A DNA stretch of 64,000 nt, taken from positions 1 to 64,000 of IMG/VR virus record IMGVR_UViG_3300023314_000001. One strand, 5' to 3'. The stretch comes from a virus. The translations under genes were made by a program, and so were the position numbers. Shown piece by piece: positions 8,291-16,583 of this stretch. How positions within the stretch are numbered: the stretch's first letter is position 1; every line of letters begins with the position of its first letter. The notes beneath the pieces were generated by a model. That model saw only the letters and a program-made list of their open reading frames with translations. It was not told where the DNA came from and did no database searches.

Positions 8291-8319
8291 AAATAAAAAA
8301 TCCCTCAATTAAGAGGGAC
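8291..8319 (-). terminator. rho-independent terminator after 8333..8620
   Basis: TCCCTC-AATTAA-GAGGGA forms the stem-loop. It is followed on the minus strand by TTTTTTATTT. Confidence 0.8.
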
Positions 8320-8332
8320 TGTGGATTTAGTA

Positions 8333-8620
8333 TTAAGAGTTACAAACTGGATGATCAATTTTAGGATTAAATACTAGTTCGCTAGTTCTATTAATATTTA
8401 CAAATTGTTTGAGTAATTCAGTATCTATATTATTAGTTAAAGTATCTATAGTATTTAAAATCCCTTCTGAATAAACTATTTCTTGATCTTTGTATTTATT
8501 TTCTGAATCTATTTTTAAATCTTTTAAAATCTCACCATTTAAATTAAAATGATAATTATTATTTTCTTTAACTCTGATTAGGATTGCTTCTAATCGGTCT
8601 TTAACCTCTTCTAACGTCAT
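8333..8620 (-). CDS. hypothetical protein
   Basis: 95-aa ORF, last gene before the terminator. Confidence 0.6.
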   Translation of the reverse strand: MTLEEVKDRLEAILIRVKENNNYHFNLNGEILKDLKIDSENKYKDQEIVYSEGILNTIDTLTNNIDTELLKQFVNINRTSELVFNPKIDHPVCNS

Positions 8621-8693
8621 TTTTAAGTGTTTTAATTAATTATTATTTGTTTTTGATAGTTGCGTATAACTTGATGTATTTTAGTATCTTAAA

Positions 8694-9161
8694 TCAAAGA
8701 TTTATTAAGTGGTAATCCTTTTCATATAATACTACATCTCTACCTTGTTTAAAACGTTTCAATTGTTTTTCTGTTAATCCTAATTTTTTAAGTTTTTTAA
8801 AATATCTTTTATTTTCTTTTTTATCCTGCGCTAACAATATCTTCTCATCTATACAATCGTCTTTACGGAAATTGTAGGTTTGTCTGTCACCTTTATGTAT
8901 TAATATGTAGTCTAAATCTTTATAAGTTAACGAACCTTTGTAATCTAATAGTAAATCAACTCCCGCAGAACACAAACAATTTGTTAATGTTATTTTTATA
9001 TTATCCTTTAAAGAATTAAAAAACTCAACTAAACATCTCATAGCTGAAGTTAATCCACCATGTGTGGAAAACCAAAGATTTATATCTTCTTGACCTTCTA
9101 ACTTTTCCATTAAATTATTTACAGACTCTACTGTTATCTCTTCATCAAATAAGTAATACAT
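8694..9161 (-). CDS. ClpP-like (S14/crotonase-fold) serine peptidase, short form
   Basis: By eye it aligns to E. coli ClpP. FSTHGG matches INSPGG. NCLCSAG matches GQAASMG (Ser65 candidate). LIHKG matches MIHQP (His89 candidate). GRDVVL matches RDRFL. Confidence 0.6.
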   Translation of the reverse strand: MYYLFDEEITVESVNNLMEKLEGQEDINLWFSTHGGLTSAMRCLVEFFNSLKDNIKITLTNCLCSAGVDLLLDYKGSLTYKDLDYILIHKGDRQTYNFRKDDCIDEKILLAQDKKENKRYFKKLKKLGLTEKQLKRFKQGRDVVLYEKDYHLINL

Positions 9162-10376
9162 TTATATAATTTTATTAATTGCTTCCTCTATTGTATTTGA
9201 TTCTATAAAAAACTCTTGTAATTGTGCCGCAGAGTGAGTTTCATTGTAATTTTCTAATTCTCTCTTTTCGCCGAAAAACAATTCTAACATTCCTTCAACA
9301 TCTTCTTTTTTAGGATTATTAAAAGTTATTTTTTTATCCATTCTACCACATCTTGTCAAAGCACTATCTAATTGATCGGCATGATTACTGGTAAAGAATG
9401 TGCAAATACCTTTCTTAGAATAAGCTCCATCGAGAACATTTAAAACTGTTGAGAAATTTATTTTATCATTTATTTTTTCTCTATCATCCACTACACAATC
9501 TATATCTTCAAGTAGTAAAAAAGTATTTTCTTTTATGGTATTGAAGGCCATTCTTAACTGATCTGAATCTGTAAGAGATGCTATATTTAAAGAGTAAACA
9601 TCTTTACCTAACTTTTGAGCTATTGATAGTATAGTAGTAGTTTTTCCGTTTCCAGGAATTCCATCTGCTAAATACCCTCTTCTGTAAGGGATACCCCTTT
9701 CCAAGTAATACTCTTTAGACTCGAAGAAATTATTTATATCATCTAATAGTTCTATTTTTTCCGAATTAAAAATCTTGTCAAAAGGTTTTACTTCTATAAC
9801 TCCTGTTTTATCCCAGCCATTATAATTTCTATAGTCATATAAGTAACTCTGTGTTTTCTTTTTCTGCTTTGAATTATAGTCATTAACCACTTCATTTAAA
9901 AGACTTTTCAAAGTATTTCTATTGAAATAAGTAGTAAGTGTGTAACTTTCAATATGAGCGTTTTCTAGATAACTTGCATTTTCCATTTTTTCACGAGAAG
10001 ACTCTAAAAACACAGGAGTTCTATTTTGCCAAAAATAAAAAGCAGACTCAAAATTATTTTCTTTTACAGAATAAGTTCTTTCATCATCTCTTGATCCAAT
10101 GCTATCATGATCATCTCGTTTAACAGATAAAATTACTTTTTTATATTTATCAGAATGATTATCTCTAAGCCACTCATTAAAAATATTATATATTTCTGTC
10201 TTAGACTCAATTCGCATAGTATAAGAAAACTGTCTTTTTATTCTCCCCCAAATCCAAGGGAAAAAAGATTTAAGCCAAAAACCTAATGCCGATAAAACAG
10301 CTATAGCAGCGCCACCCTTGAAAAATTCATTATTATGTAATTGTTCTACTACAAACTGTTTTACTTGTTCTATCAT
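9162..10376 (-). CDS. membrane-anchored BCS1-type AAA+ ATPase
   Basis: N-terminal hydrophobic helix GGAAIAVLSALGFWLKSFFPWIW, Walker A GIPGNGKTT, Walker B FLLLEDID, TSN sensor and LTRCGRMD second region of homology. Confidence 0.8.
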   Translation of the reverse strand: MIEQVKQFVVEQLHNNEFFKGGAAIAVLSALGFWLKSFFPWIWGRIKRQFSYTMRIESKTEIYNIFNEWLRDNHSDKYKKVILSVKRDDHDSIGSRDDERTYSVKENNFESAFYFWQNRTPVFLESSREKMENASYLENAHIESYTLTTYFNRNTLKSLLNEVVNDYNSKQKKKTQSYLYDYRNYNGWDKTGVIEVKPFDKIFNSEKIELLDDINNFFESKEYYLERGIPYRRGYLADGIPGNGKTTTILSIAQKLGKDVYSLNIASLTDSDQLRMAFNTIKENTFLLLEDIDCVVDDREKINDKINFSTVLNVLDGAYSKKGICTFFTSNHADQLDSALTRCGRMDKKITFNNPKKEDVEGMLELFFGEKRELENYNETHSAAQLQEFFIESNTIEEAINKII

Positions 10377-10379
10377 ACT

Positions 10380-11111
10380 TTATTTTATTTTTGTTCCCGC
10401 CCAAAATCCCCCAGCTATTGCAACAGGTATTAATATCTTGTCAAATACACTCTTAGTTTTAAGTTTTTTATTTTCTCTTTCAAGGCCTTTATTTAAATCA
10501 GACTGCACACTATTTAATTTGGCAGAGGCTTCCAAACTTTTCTCCGTAGCTTTTAAACTAATATCTTTGTCTCTAAGTTGTTCATCTTTCAAATTAATAA
10601 CACTATCTTTAGAGGCTAATTGTAAATCTTTTTCTTTTATAATATCTTGCGCTGTATTAGCGTCAGCAATAGTTTCAAGAATTTGGTAAGTCATTGGAGG
10701 TCTAACATCAACAGAATTAGGTGTAGCTGAAGCATCTTTAGATCTATAATTGTAATTTAGAGCTTCGGACACTTCAACTAAGTTTTTATTTCTAATTACT
10801 TCTTTCTGTTTTTTATTTGATTCCTGCAAAGCTAGAACTTTTTTCTCACTGTCTTTAGCTTTTTTTTGGAATTCATTAATCAACCGTTCTTTTTTCTCGT
10901 TTTCTTGGCGAAGAGAATCTCTCACTCTAAGTCTGTCTAGCTCAAAAACCTTAACTCCGTCTTGCAATTTTTTAACTTGATCTTTTAGGATTTCATTTTT
11001 CCCTGCCTGGAATTTCTGTTGATTACTTACACAACTTTTTACGCCGAAAAAAATTAGAACCAGCACTATACCTAATGCTGGCCACTTGTACTTATTTATT
11101 ATTTCTTTCAC
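10380..11111 (-). CDS. coiled-coil membrane protein (TM helix at each end)
   Basis: 243 aa with an apparent GTG start. N-terminal WPALGIVLVLIFFGV and C-terminal ILIPVAIAGGFWAG hydrophobic segments flank a long K/E/Q-rich helical region. Confidence 0.65.
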   Translation of the reverse strand: MKEIINKYKWPALGIVLVLIFFGVKSCVSNQQKFQAGKNEILKDQVKKLQDGVKVFELDRLRVRDSLRQENEKKERLINEFQKKAKDSEKKVLALQESNKKQKEVIRNKNLVEVSEALNYNYRSKDASATPNSVDVRPPMTYQILETIADANTAQDIIKEKDLQLASKDSVINLKDEQLRDKDISLKATEKSLEASAKLNSVQSDLNKGLERENKKLKTKSVFDKILIPVAIAGGFWAGTKIK

Positions 11112-11226
11112 TTTTTCCCAGCTTTAACGCAATTAGAATTCTTTTTACTGAATAATCTAGACCCATTAGGAAATCTAGCATTTAAAATTTGTCGTAATGT
11201 AATAATTTCTTTCATTTTTATGTTTT

Positions 11227-11466
11227 TTATAATTCCCACCTTAATATTTGTGATTCTGCTATATATACTTCTCCATCTCTTTCCATTAGCCCGCCGACAA
11301 CTAAAATATCATCAACTTTAACTGGTGTATCTGTAAGACCTTCTCCAATAGCAATCACCTTAACTCTATTTTTGAAAACACCTATTTTATCCATAACTGT
11401 TTCTTTATGCATGACTTTCTCAACTAAAATAAGTTCTCCAAAAACTCTATATTTCTTCTTGTCCAT
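11227..11466 (-). CDS. groES: GroES/Cpn10-like co-chaperonin
   Basis: 79 aa. The pattern GELILVEKV ... VKVIAIGEG ... VKVDDILVV follows the Cpn10 pattern (DRVLVk ... G.VvAvG.G ... vkvGD.Vl). Confidence 0.55.
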   Translation of the reverse strand: MDKKKYRVFGELILVEKVMHKETVMDKIGVFKNRVKVIAIGEGLTDTPVKVDDILVVGGLMERDGEVYIAESQILRWEL

Positions 11467-11584
11467 TTACTTCAACGTTTTTAATTGTATTTTCATAAAG
11501 GTCTCTAAACCATTTGATGTCTTCTGAATAGTTTCCAGTGGCTTCAGGATTCATTTCATAAATGTCACCGTTTTCTAGAAACAT
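11447..11584 (-). CDS. hypothetical small protein (45 aa)
   Basis: Hand translation gives MFLENGDIYEMNPEATGNYSEDIKWFRDLYENTIKNVEVNGQEEI. It fills the gap and overlaps the groES-like start by 20 nt. Confidence 0.35.
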   Translation of the reverse strand: MFLENGDIYEMNPEATGNYSEDIKWFRDLYENTIKNVEVNGQEEI

Positions 11585-11585
11585 G

Positions 11586-11864
11586 TTATACGTCGATTTC
11601 ATTTGTGTCATAACTTTTGGTGTTTAGTATTTGAAATAAATCATTGAATTCATTTACTCCAATATCTTCTAATTTGCAATTAATCTGTATTCTAACTCTG
11701 TCTTTGCCCATTTTAGCTTTGAAAAATAGTTTTTCTTTAACCGTTTCAAAAGCTAGAAACTTGCATTCTACTCCTAGCTTTTTCTTGGTATTGACTATTT
11801 CTTGCTTTAAATATTCGGCTTGAAATTGATGAACTCCGTTCTTTATTCTATTCATTCGGTACAA
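11586..11864 (-). CDS. hypothetical protein
   Basis: 92-aa ORF. Confidence 0.6.
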   Translation of the reverse strand: MYRMNRIKNGVHQFQAEYLKQEIVNTKKKLGVECKFLAFETVKEKLFFKAKMGKDRVRIQINCKLEDIGVNEFNDLFQILNTKSYDTNEIDV

Positions 11865-12282
11865 CTTCTAATTTTGATTTCTGAGCTTCTTCCATTTCGG
11901 CAATAAGTGTGTCCATGTGAACTGCTTTACCTGCGTCTATTCCACGATCATGAATTATAAATCTGTTTTCTAGCGCTTTCATTACAATTGCTGTAGGATC
12001 TCCCACATAAGCTTCAACTAAATTATTGGCCGACATAAAAGCTACAGGATCAAAAACTTTAGTTACTTTTCCAGAATCAATATCTTCTTGTTTTGGTGAT
12101 AATACAATATCATCTCCTTGCCAATAGCGATATTTTAAAGGCCTAACCATTTTTACATTTTCATTAAACAGTCTCTCCACTGATGCTGCCATGATTGCAA
12201 ATTCCTCTCCAGTTATTTCTATTTTCTGATCAGATCGGAATCCTGAATTATACTGCGTTAATTCTTCTTTTTCTTCGTTCAT
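11848..12282 (-). CDS. hypothetical protein
   Basis: 144-aa ORF sharing its boundary base (12282) with the upstream gene. Confidence 0.65.
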   Translation of the reverse strand: MNEEKEELTQYNSGFRSDQKIEITGEEFAIMAASVERLFNENVKMVRPLKYRYWQGDDIVLSPKQEDIDSGKVTKVFDPVAFMSANNLVEAYVGDPTAIVMKALENRFIIHDRGIDAGKAVHMDTLIAEMEEAQKSKLEVVPNE

Positions 12283-13178
12283 TAATTATAAATTTGTATG
12301 TTTAATTCTTTTATTAAAGCTTCGTGCTTTTCTCTTGTGTCTAAAGGTGTTCCATCTAGTTTATTATAAATATAAAGCTCTGTATCATAAACTAAGAACC
12401 TGTGTAATTTACCATGACCCGAAACGTCTAATTCAAAAACATCTTTTGCGTATTCTAAATTATAATTCCAGTGATGTAATTGATTACCTTCAACTATTTT
12501 TTGTATTAACTGACTCCTATTCCTAGCTTTATACTTCTCAGGATACTTATTTCTGTGGTTATTCATACTTTTAGATTTCATTTCAGGAGTTGGTTTATGT
12601 TTCTCCTTATAGTCTAATCTATAATACTTTTCCCTGTGCCTTTCTCTTTCTTTATCTAAACCTTCTGGCGTAGAGATTTTCAATTCCAGTTGTTTTTTAC
12701 TATCTTCTTTTGTACAGGTTTTACACTTACCTAATAATCCGTCGGACATTTGAGGATGTTTGTAGTACTCTGTTAATAATTTCATATTATCGCACCTAAA
12801 ACATATCTTAGCTTCCTTAATTAAAGTTTCAAATATATCTTCAGTTAATAATCCCTCGTTACAAGGATTAGGGTCGTGATAAAGTTTTCCATTTTTATAA
12901 ATACACACATGATTTGCTCCTCTGTTTGTCTTACCAACTACCATATAAAATGAATCGTCATATAAATGTCCTGAAATAGTTCTCCAAAACCAACCTCTTT
13001 CTTTTAACCAAGTTTGTAATTGAATATTCCAATCTTCTTCTTTAAATTTCTCCTGAATTTGAATTACATCTTCAGGAGAATCTAAGTCTAAAAAACAAGC
13101 TATTACAGTTGGGAAACAATTACCTAAAACTTCTGGTGGGGCATGTATTCTTGTTTGTTTTAACTTCTTCATTATCAA
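12282..13178 (-). CDS. two-domain protein: N-terminal Cys/His peptidase-like region and C-terminal Zn-ribbon/HNH-like region
   Basis: The N-terminus has GNCFPTVIAC ... NHVCIY ... HDPNP, a papain-like Cys-His arrangement. The C-terminus has CFRCDN ... CKTC followed by LHHWNYN ... GHGKLH, which looks like HNH. Confidence 0.35.
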   Translation of the reverse strand: MIMKKLKQTRIHAPPEVLGNCFPTVIACFLDLDSPEDVIQIQEKFKEEDWNIQLQTWLKERGWFWRTISGHLYDDSFYMVVGKTNRGANHVCIYKNGKLYHDPNPCNEGLLTEDIFETLIKEAKICFRCDNMKLLTEYYKHPQMSDGLLGKCKTCTKEDSKKQLELKISTPEGLDKERERHREKYYRLDYKEKHKPTPEMKSKSMNNHRNKYPEKYKARNRSQLIQKIVEGNQLHHWNYNLEYAKDVFELDVSGHGKLHRFLVYDTELYIYNKLDGTPLDTREKHEALIKELNIQIYN

Positions 13179-13182
13179 TCAC

Positions 13183-13908
13183 TTAAGCAAATGGTAAATC
13201 TTGATAGTCATCTTCTTTCACATTTGTTGCGGGTTCAAATGCATCCGTTGGACTTGCTTTAGGGATTTCAGTTTTTTTCGTCTGTTGTTCAGCAGATGGG
13301 GTAGATTCACCTTGAACCCATTTTAACCTATCAGTTTGTGTCTTTATTACTTCTAATAAATAGTCATTTTTAGCTTCCAAAGACACAGCAGTAGGTTTAT
13401 TTTTATCTAATGCATCTTTTTTCCAAACTATAGCAGGAATATCTCCTGGAACTAGTTTACCTTCTTTATCATAATACGCGTTTGTAAGGCCTTTTAATTT
13501 TTCACCATCAATACTAACTGTAATTCCAATTTTAGAATATTTATCTCCATCTGGAACAAAATTCCAACCTTTTATATTAATGTTTTGACCTTTGTTTAAC
13601 TTATAAAGTACTTTTGTCAAACTTTCAGCATATGTGTCAACATTACTTTTTTGATCTAAGATATCAACTGGGACATAATATACATTATCTCCATCTTTAA
13701 TATTTAGAGATATTTGTTTTCCAAATTTGCCATCATAAATAGAAGCAGATTCCAATACTCCTGAAATACCTTCTTTATAGTATTTTCTATACGAAACATT
13801 ACCAGTTGAGGATGTATGTTTATCATACCCCGTTTTTTCATCTTTTGAATAATCAAAAAATTGACCACTTCCAAACTCTAATTGCAAATAATTTTTTTCA
13901 ATTGCCAT
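13183..13908 (-). CDS. putative non-canonical ssDNA-binding protein
   Basis: 241 aa in the recombination/replication neighbourhood. A low-complexity linker is followed by the C-terminal acidic tip EDDYQDLPFA, resembling the bacterial SSB tip DDDIPF. Confidence 0.45.
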   Translation of the reverse strand: MAIEKNYLQLEFGSGQFFDYSKDEKTGYDKHTSSTGNVSYRKYYKEGISGVLESASIYDGKFGKQISLNIKDGDNVYYVPVDILDQKSNVDTYAESLTKVLYKLNKGQNINIKGWNFVPDGDKYSKIGITVSIDGEKLKGLTNAYYDKEGKLVPGDIPAIVWKKDALDKNKPTAVSLEAKNDYLLEVIKTQTDRLKWVQGESTPSAEQQTKKTEIPKASPTDAFEPATNVKEDDYQDLPFA

Positions 13909-13952
13909 TTTTACCTAACTTTATTTAATTGTTTTTATTAATTTATTGTATA

Positions 13953-13965
13953 CAAATATAGTGAT
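13953..13965 (-). promoter_or_regulatory. -7 box TATATTTG with AATCAC extension, upstream of the SSB-like gene
   Basis: The minus strand reads AATCACTATATTTG, 45 nt upstream of the ATG at 13908. The same AATCACTAYATTT core occurs at 16262-16274 and 23690-23702. No well-spaced -33 TTG was found. Confidence 0.4.
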
Positions 13966-13966
13966 T

Positions 13967-14416
13967 CTATTTGACAAATCCTAATTTATTTTTTATTTTC
14001 CCGCAAAAAATATTTAAATCTAATCTTAATCTATCAAACCAGGTCATTTCAAGAAAATCAATAAAACTGTCTATTTCATCCGATGTTTCTGTAACGGTTA
14101 TTGTTAAGTCATCTTTTAAAAATACTGTTGTTAATCCTCTGTCTGTTACGGCCAACTTGATATCATCTAAATAAACCATTATTTCAGTGTAGATTTCTTC
14201 AAAGTCTTCATCTTCTAACTCAATACCTTTGTCTTGCTTATTTAGTCTTTCTTCTAGTTCTTCAGGTAATTTTATACCCATGTCTTCATACCAATCTACT
14301 GTTTTACCGTTGTCACAAGTTGGTGTTCTAATAGAGTCTCCTTGTTCTAATTTCTTTTCGGCCGATTCCGTCAAAACTTCTCCAAAACCAGTTAGCATTA
14401 ATCTCTTTCTTTTCAT
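13967..14416 (-). CDS. hypothetical acidic protein
   Basis: 149-aa D/E-rich ORF. Confidence 0.6.
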   Translation of the reverse strand: MKRKRLMLTGFGEVLTESAEKKLEQGDSIRTPTCDNGKTVDWYEDMGIKLPEELEERLNKQDKGIELEDEDFEEIYTEIMVYLDDIKLAVTDRGLTTVFLKDDLTITVTETSDEIDSFIDFLEMTWFDRLRLDLNIFCGKIKNKLGFVK

Positions 14417-15340
14417 CTATTTTTTATTTCTTAAATGTATCTCTAATCGACTTACTGCGTTCCAGGCTGCTGCAACTAAATGATCTTCATCGGAATCTTC
14501 TCCAATCCCTAAAGCATGTCTGAATTCTGCATTACTATATTCAAAATCTCCATTTTCAACTCTTGAGAAGTTTTCCCAATCATCTCCTTTTTCGTATTTT
14601 TTGTGGCCAGCTAATGATCTTAAAGATAAAGCTTCAATTGCATTCTTCATCTGCTTACAGTAAGTGAATATAGGTGCTTTTTCAACTGTTTTGGACTCTT
14701 TTTTGCCGAATTTAGGAAGGTCTTCTACAGTAAACTTCTCAGGACTATTGAAATCACCATTATACATATTTACTAAATATGTGAGGTAGTCATTTGGAAA
14801 TTCTGGCAAATCTATTTTAGTTCCGTATGTCTCTTTAGATTTCTTTACTTTTTCTTCTAAAGATTTTTCTGGAAATTTATGATGCCTTATACTATGTCCT
14901 GTTATAGCGTTGTAAGCGTCTAGTGGGTCTTGATCATTAAGATCTACAGACTTAATATTTTTTATATCAACAACATAAAAAGGCTCAATATTCTTATTTG
15001 GTATAGTTGAATCTTGGACTTTTTCAAAAACTGTTCCTCCTGTGTGTGACGTGTTTTTTAAATGTTCCAGTAGTTCTTTTTCATCTTCGGCCAACATAAT
15101 TTTTGTTATGTCTTCTATGCTATTGTGCGATTTAAAATTCAATATATTACTTCTTAATTTTTCTAATTCCTGTTTTTCTTCTAGTTTTTTTGCGGAACTT
15201 TTAAACCAATATGGTATTTCAACTACTTCATCCAAGAAAAATGGTTCATTAAATTTTATAGTGCCTTCAACCCCATTAAAAACTTGCCTGTTAAATTCCT
15301 CTTCCGTTACTTGTTTACCGTTAATTTCGTATTTTGCCAT
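14417..15340 (-). CDS. hypothetical protein with C-terminal MazG-like / dATP-dGTP diphosphohydrolase-type helical domain (tentative)
   Basis: The C-terminus HKKYEKGDDWENF ... FRHALGIGEDSDEDHLVAAAWNAVSRLEI resembles the KY..g.nW / RH ... D.e..HL.a..wN motif set of phage NTP pyrophosphohydrolase-like domains. Confidence 0.35.
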   Translation of the reverse strand: MAKYEINGKQVTEEEFNRQVFNGVEGTIKFNEPFFLDEVVEIPYWFKSSAKKLEEKQELEKLRSNILNFKSHNSIEDITKIMLAEDEKELLEHLKNTSHTGGTVFEKVQDSTIPNKNIEPFYVVDIKNIKSVDLNDQDPLDAYNAITGHSIRHHKFPEKSLEEKVKKSKETYGTKIDLPEFPNDYLTYLVNMYNGDFNSPEKFTVEDLPKFGKKESKTVEKAPIFTYCKQMKNAIEALSLRSLAGHKKYEKGDDWENFSRVENGDFEYSNAEFRHALGIGEDSDEDHLVAAAWNAVSRLEIHLRNKK

Positions 15341-15557
15341 TTATTTTTGTTTATTATTTCCACTTCGTATTCGCGCGATAAAAAATTAAAAATCCCCTAA
15401 AAACAGTAAACACTAACTGTTACCTTTCGATTGCTTGCTATCTGCTATGCGTGTCATTCTCTCACAGAATCTCTAATAAGCGGGAACTTAAATTGACCTA
15501 AAAGCAGATCTTACGGTATGCAAATTAAGTACTGTAAATTTACAATTAATTTTTTAA
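15341..15557 (-). promoter_or_regulatory. long GC-richer 5' leader/intergenic region with hairpins
   Basis: 217 nt between the PhoH stop and the next ATG. It holds a TAAATTTA box near 15536-15543, hairpin AACAGT-N8-ACTGTT (15402-15421) followed by a T-run on the minus strand, hairpin ATTCT-CTCAC-AGAAT, and a GC-core element at 15368-15387. Confidence 0.4.
15368..15387. repeat. GC-core dyad element TATTCGCGCGATAAAAAATT
   Basis: Intergenic, 28-47 nt upstream of the ATG at 15340. Confidence 0.55.
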
Positions 15558-16241
15558 TTACGCAACTTTTTGCTCACCTTTTTCTAAATAATCTATAATT
15601 TGTGTTAGAATAGGATTTCTATGATTAGATTTTAATGTTTTATAACCTACTAAGCCAGAATTTTCTAACTTCATAGCCTCATAAATACAACTGTTTTTAC
15701 CTATTTGTTTATCGACCTGTTCTTTAGAACCACAAAAAATCATTTTACTACCATTACCTAAACGCGTCAAAATCGTTCTAAAATCAGCGTAAGACATATC
15801 TTCATATTCATCCACAATAACCACACTGTCAATAAATGTACAACCTTTTGCCACCTCAATAGGCATGATTTTAACTAATCCCTCTTTCAACATTTTATCT
15901 GTTGTTTCTTTACCTTGACATACTTCCATATTTTGAGTGATTGGGAAGGTGTAAGGTGCCATTTTTTCCTCTAATGTTCCAGGAAGTGCAGCTAGAGAGT
16001 TTTTAATCATGGGGCGTGTGATCCAGATATTATTGAATTGTTTCTTTCTAAAAGCTGTTAATGCTGTGTGAACAGCCGCTAAAGATTTCCCTGAACCAAA
16101 ATCGCCGTGAAGAAAACAAACATCAAATTCATAAAATAATTTTACAAACTCTTTTTGCTCTTCATTTAAATCTACCTTCAACTTAGGCTCTGTTTTAAGA
16201 ACTCTTTTTTCTTTATTTTCCTTCTTCGGTGAATTTACCAT
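15558..16241 (-). CDS. phoH: PhoH-family ATPase
   Basis: Walker A GDFGSGKS, Walker B VVIVDEYED, and the GSKEQVD and HRNPILTQI motifs typical of PhoH-like proteins. Confidence 0.85.
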   Translation of the reverse strand: MVNSPKKENKEKRVLKTEPKLKVDLNEEQKEFVKLFYEFDVCFLHGDFGSGKSLAAVHTALTAFRKKQFNNIWITRPMIKNSLAALPGTLEEKMAPYTFPITQNMEVCQGKETTDKMLKEGLVKIMPIEVAKGCTFIDSVVIVDEYEDMSYADFRTILTRLGNGSKMIFCGSKEQVDKQIGKNSCIYEAMKLENSGLVGYKTLKSNHRNPILTQIIDYLEKGEQKVA

Positions 16242-16261
16242 ATTTTATTATTTAGTGAAGT

Positions 16262-16292
16262 AAATGTAGTGATTTAGTTTGAGATAAACAAA
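16262..16292 (-). promoter_or_regulatory. promoter TTG-N20-TACATTTA for phoH
   Basis: The minus strand reads TTG(16292-16290)-20 nt ending AATCAC-TACATTTA(16269-16262), 20 nt upstream of the ATG at 16241. It is nearly identical to the element at 23690-23720. Confidence 0.55.
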
Positions 16293-16295
16293 TAT

Positions 16296-16583
16296 TTATT
16301 CATCTTTTATTTCATTTTTTGTATAAAATATATTCCAATAATCATCTCCTCCAAAATCTGACCTAACTAAAACTGCTGTTAACTCTTCTTTTCTGATTAT
16401 TTGTTTGTACTCATTTGAATAATCAGAGTCGTCTTTATCTTTTCCATATTGTATTTCTTCCCCAAAATCTTCCCAATAATCTTCTGGACACTCTTGTATT
16501 ACATAGTTTCCAAAATATTCACATTCAAAATACTGAGATAAGGCTTCTAAAGAACTGTTATAATTTTCTATTAATTTATTCAT
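16296..16583 (-). CDS. hypothetical small acidic protein
   Basis: 95-aa ORF rich in D/E/Y. Confidence 0.6.
   Translation of the reverse strand: MNKLIENYNSSLEALSQYFECEYFGNYVIQECPEDYWEDFGEEIQYGKDKDDSDYSNEYKQIIRKEELTAVLVRSDFGGDDYWNIFYTKNEIKDE

Noticed and set aside
11108-11215. Possible 35-aa minus-strand ORF (MKEIITLRQILNARFPNGSRLFSKKNSNCVKAGKK) between the groES-like gene and the coiled-coil gene.
   Set aside because: It is plausible (GTGA overlap with the next gene) but too short and featureless to support. It is noted only as a candidate.
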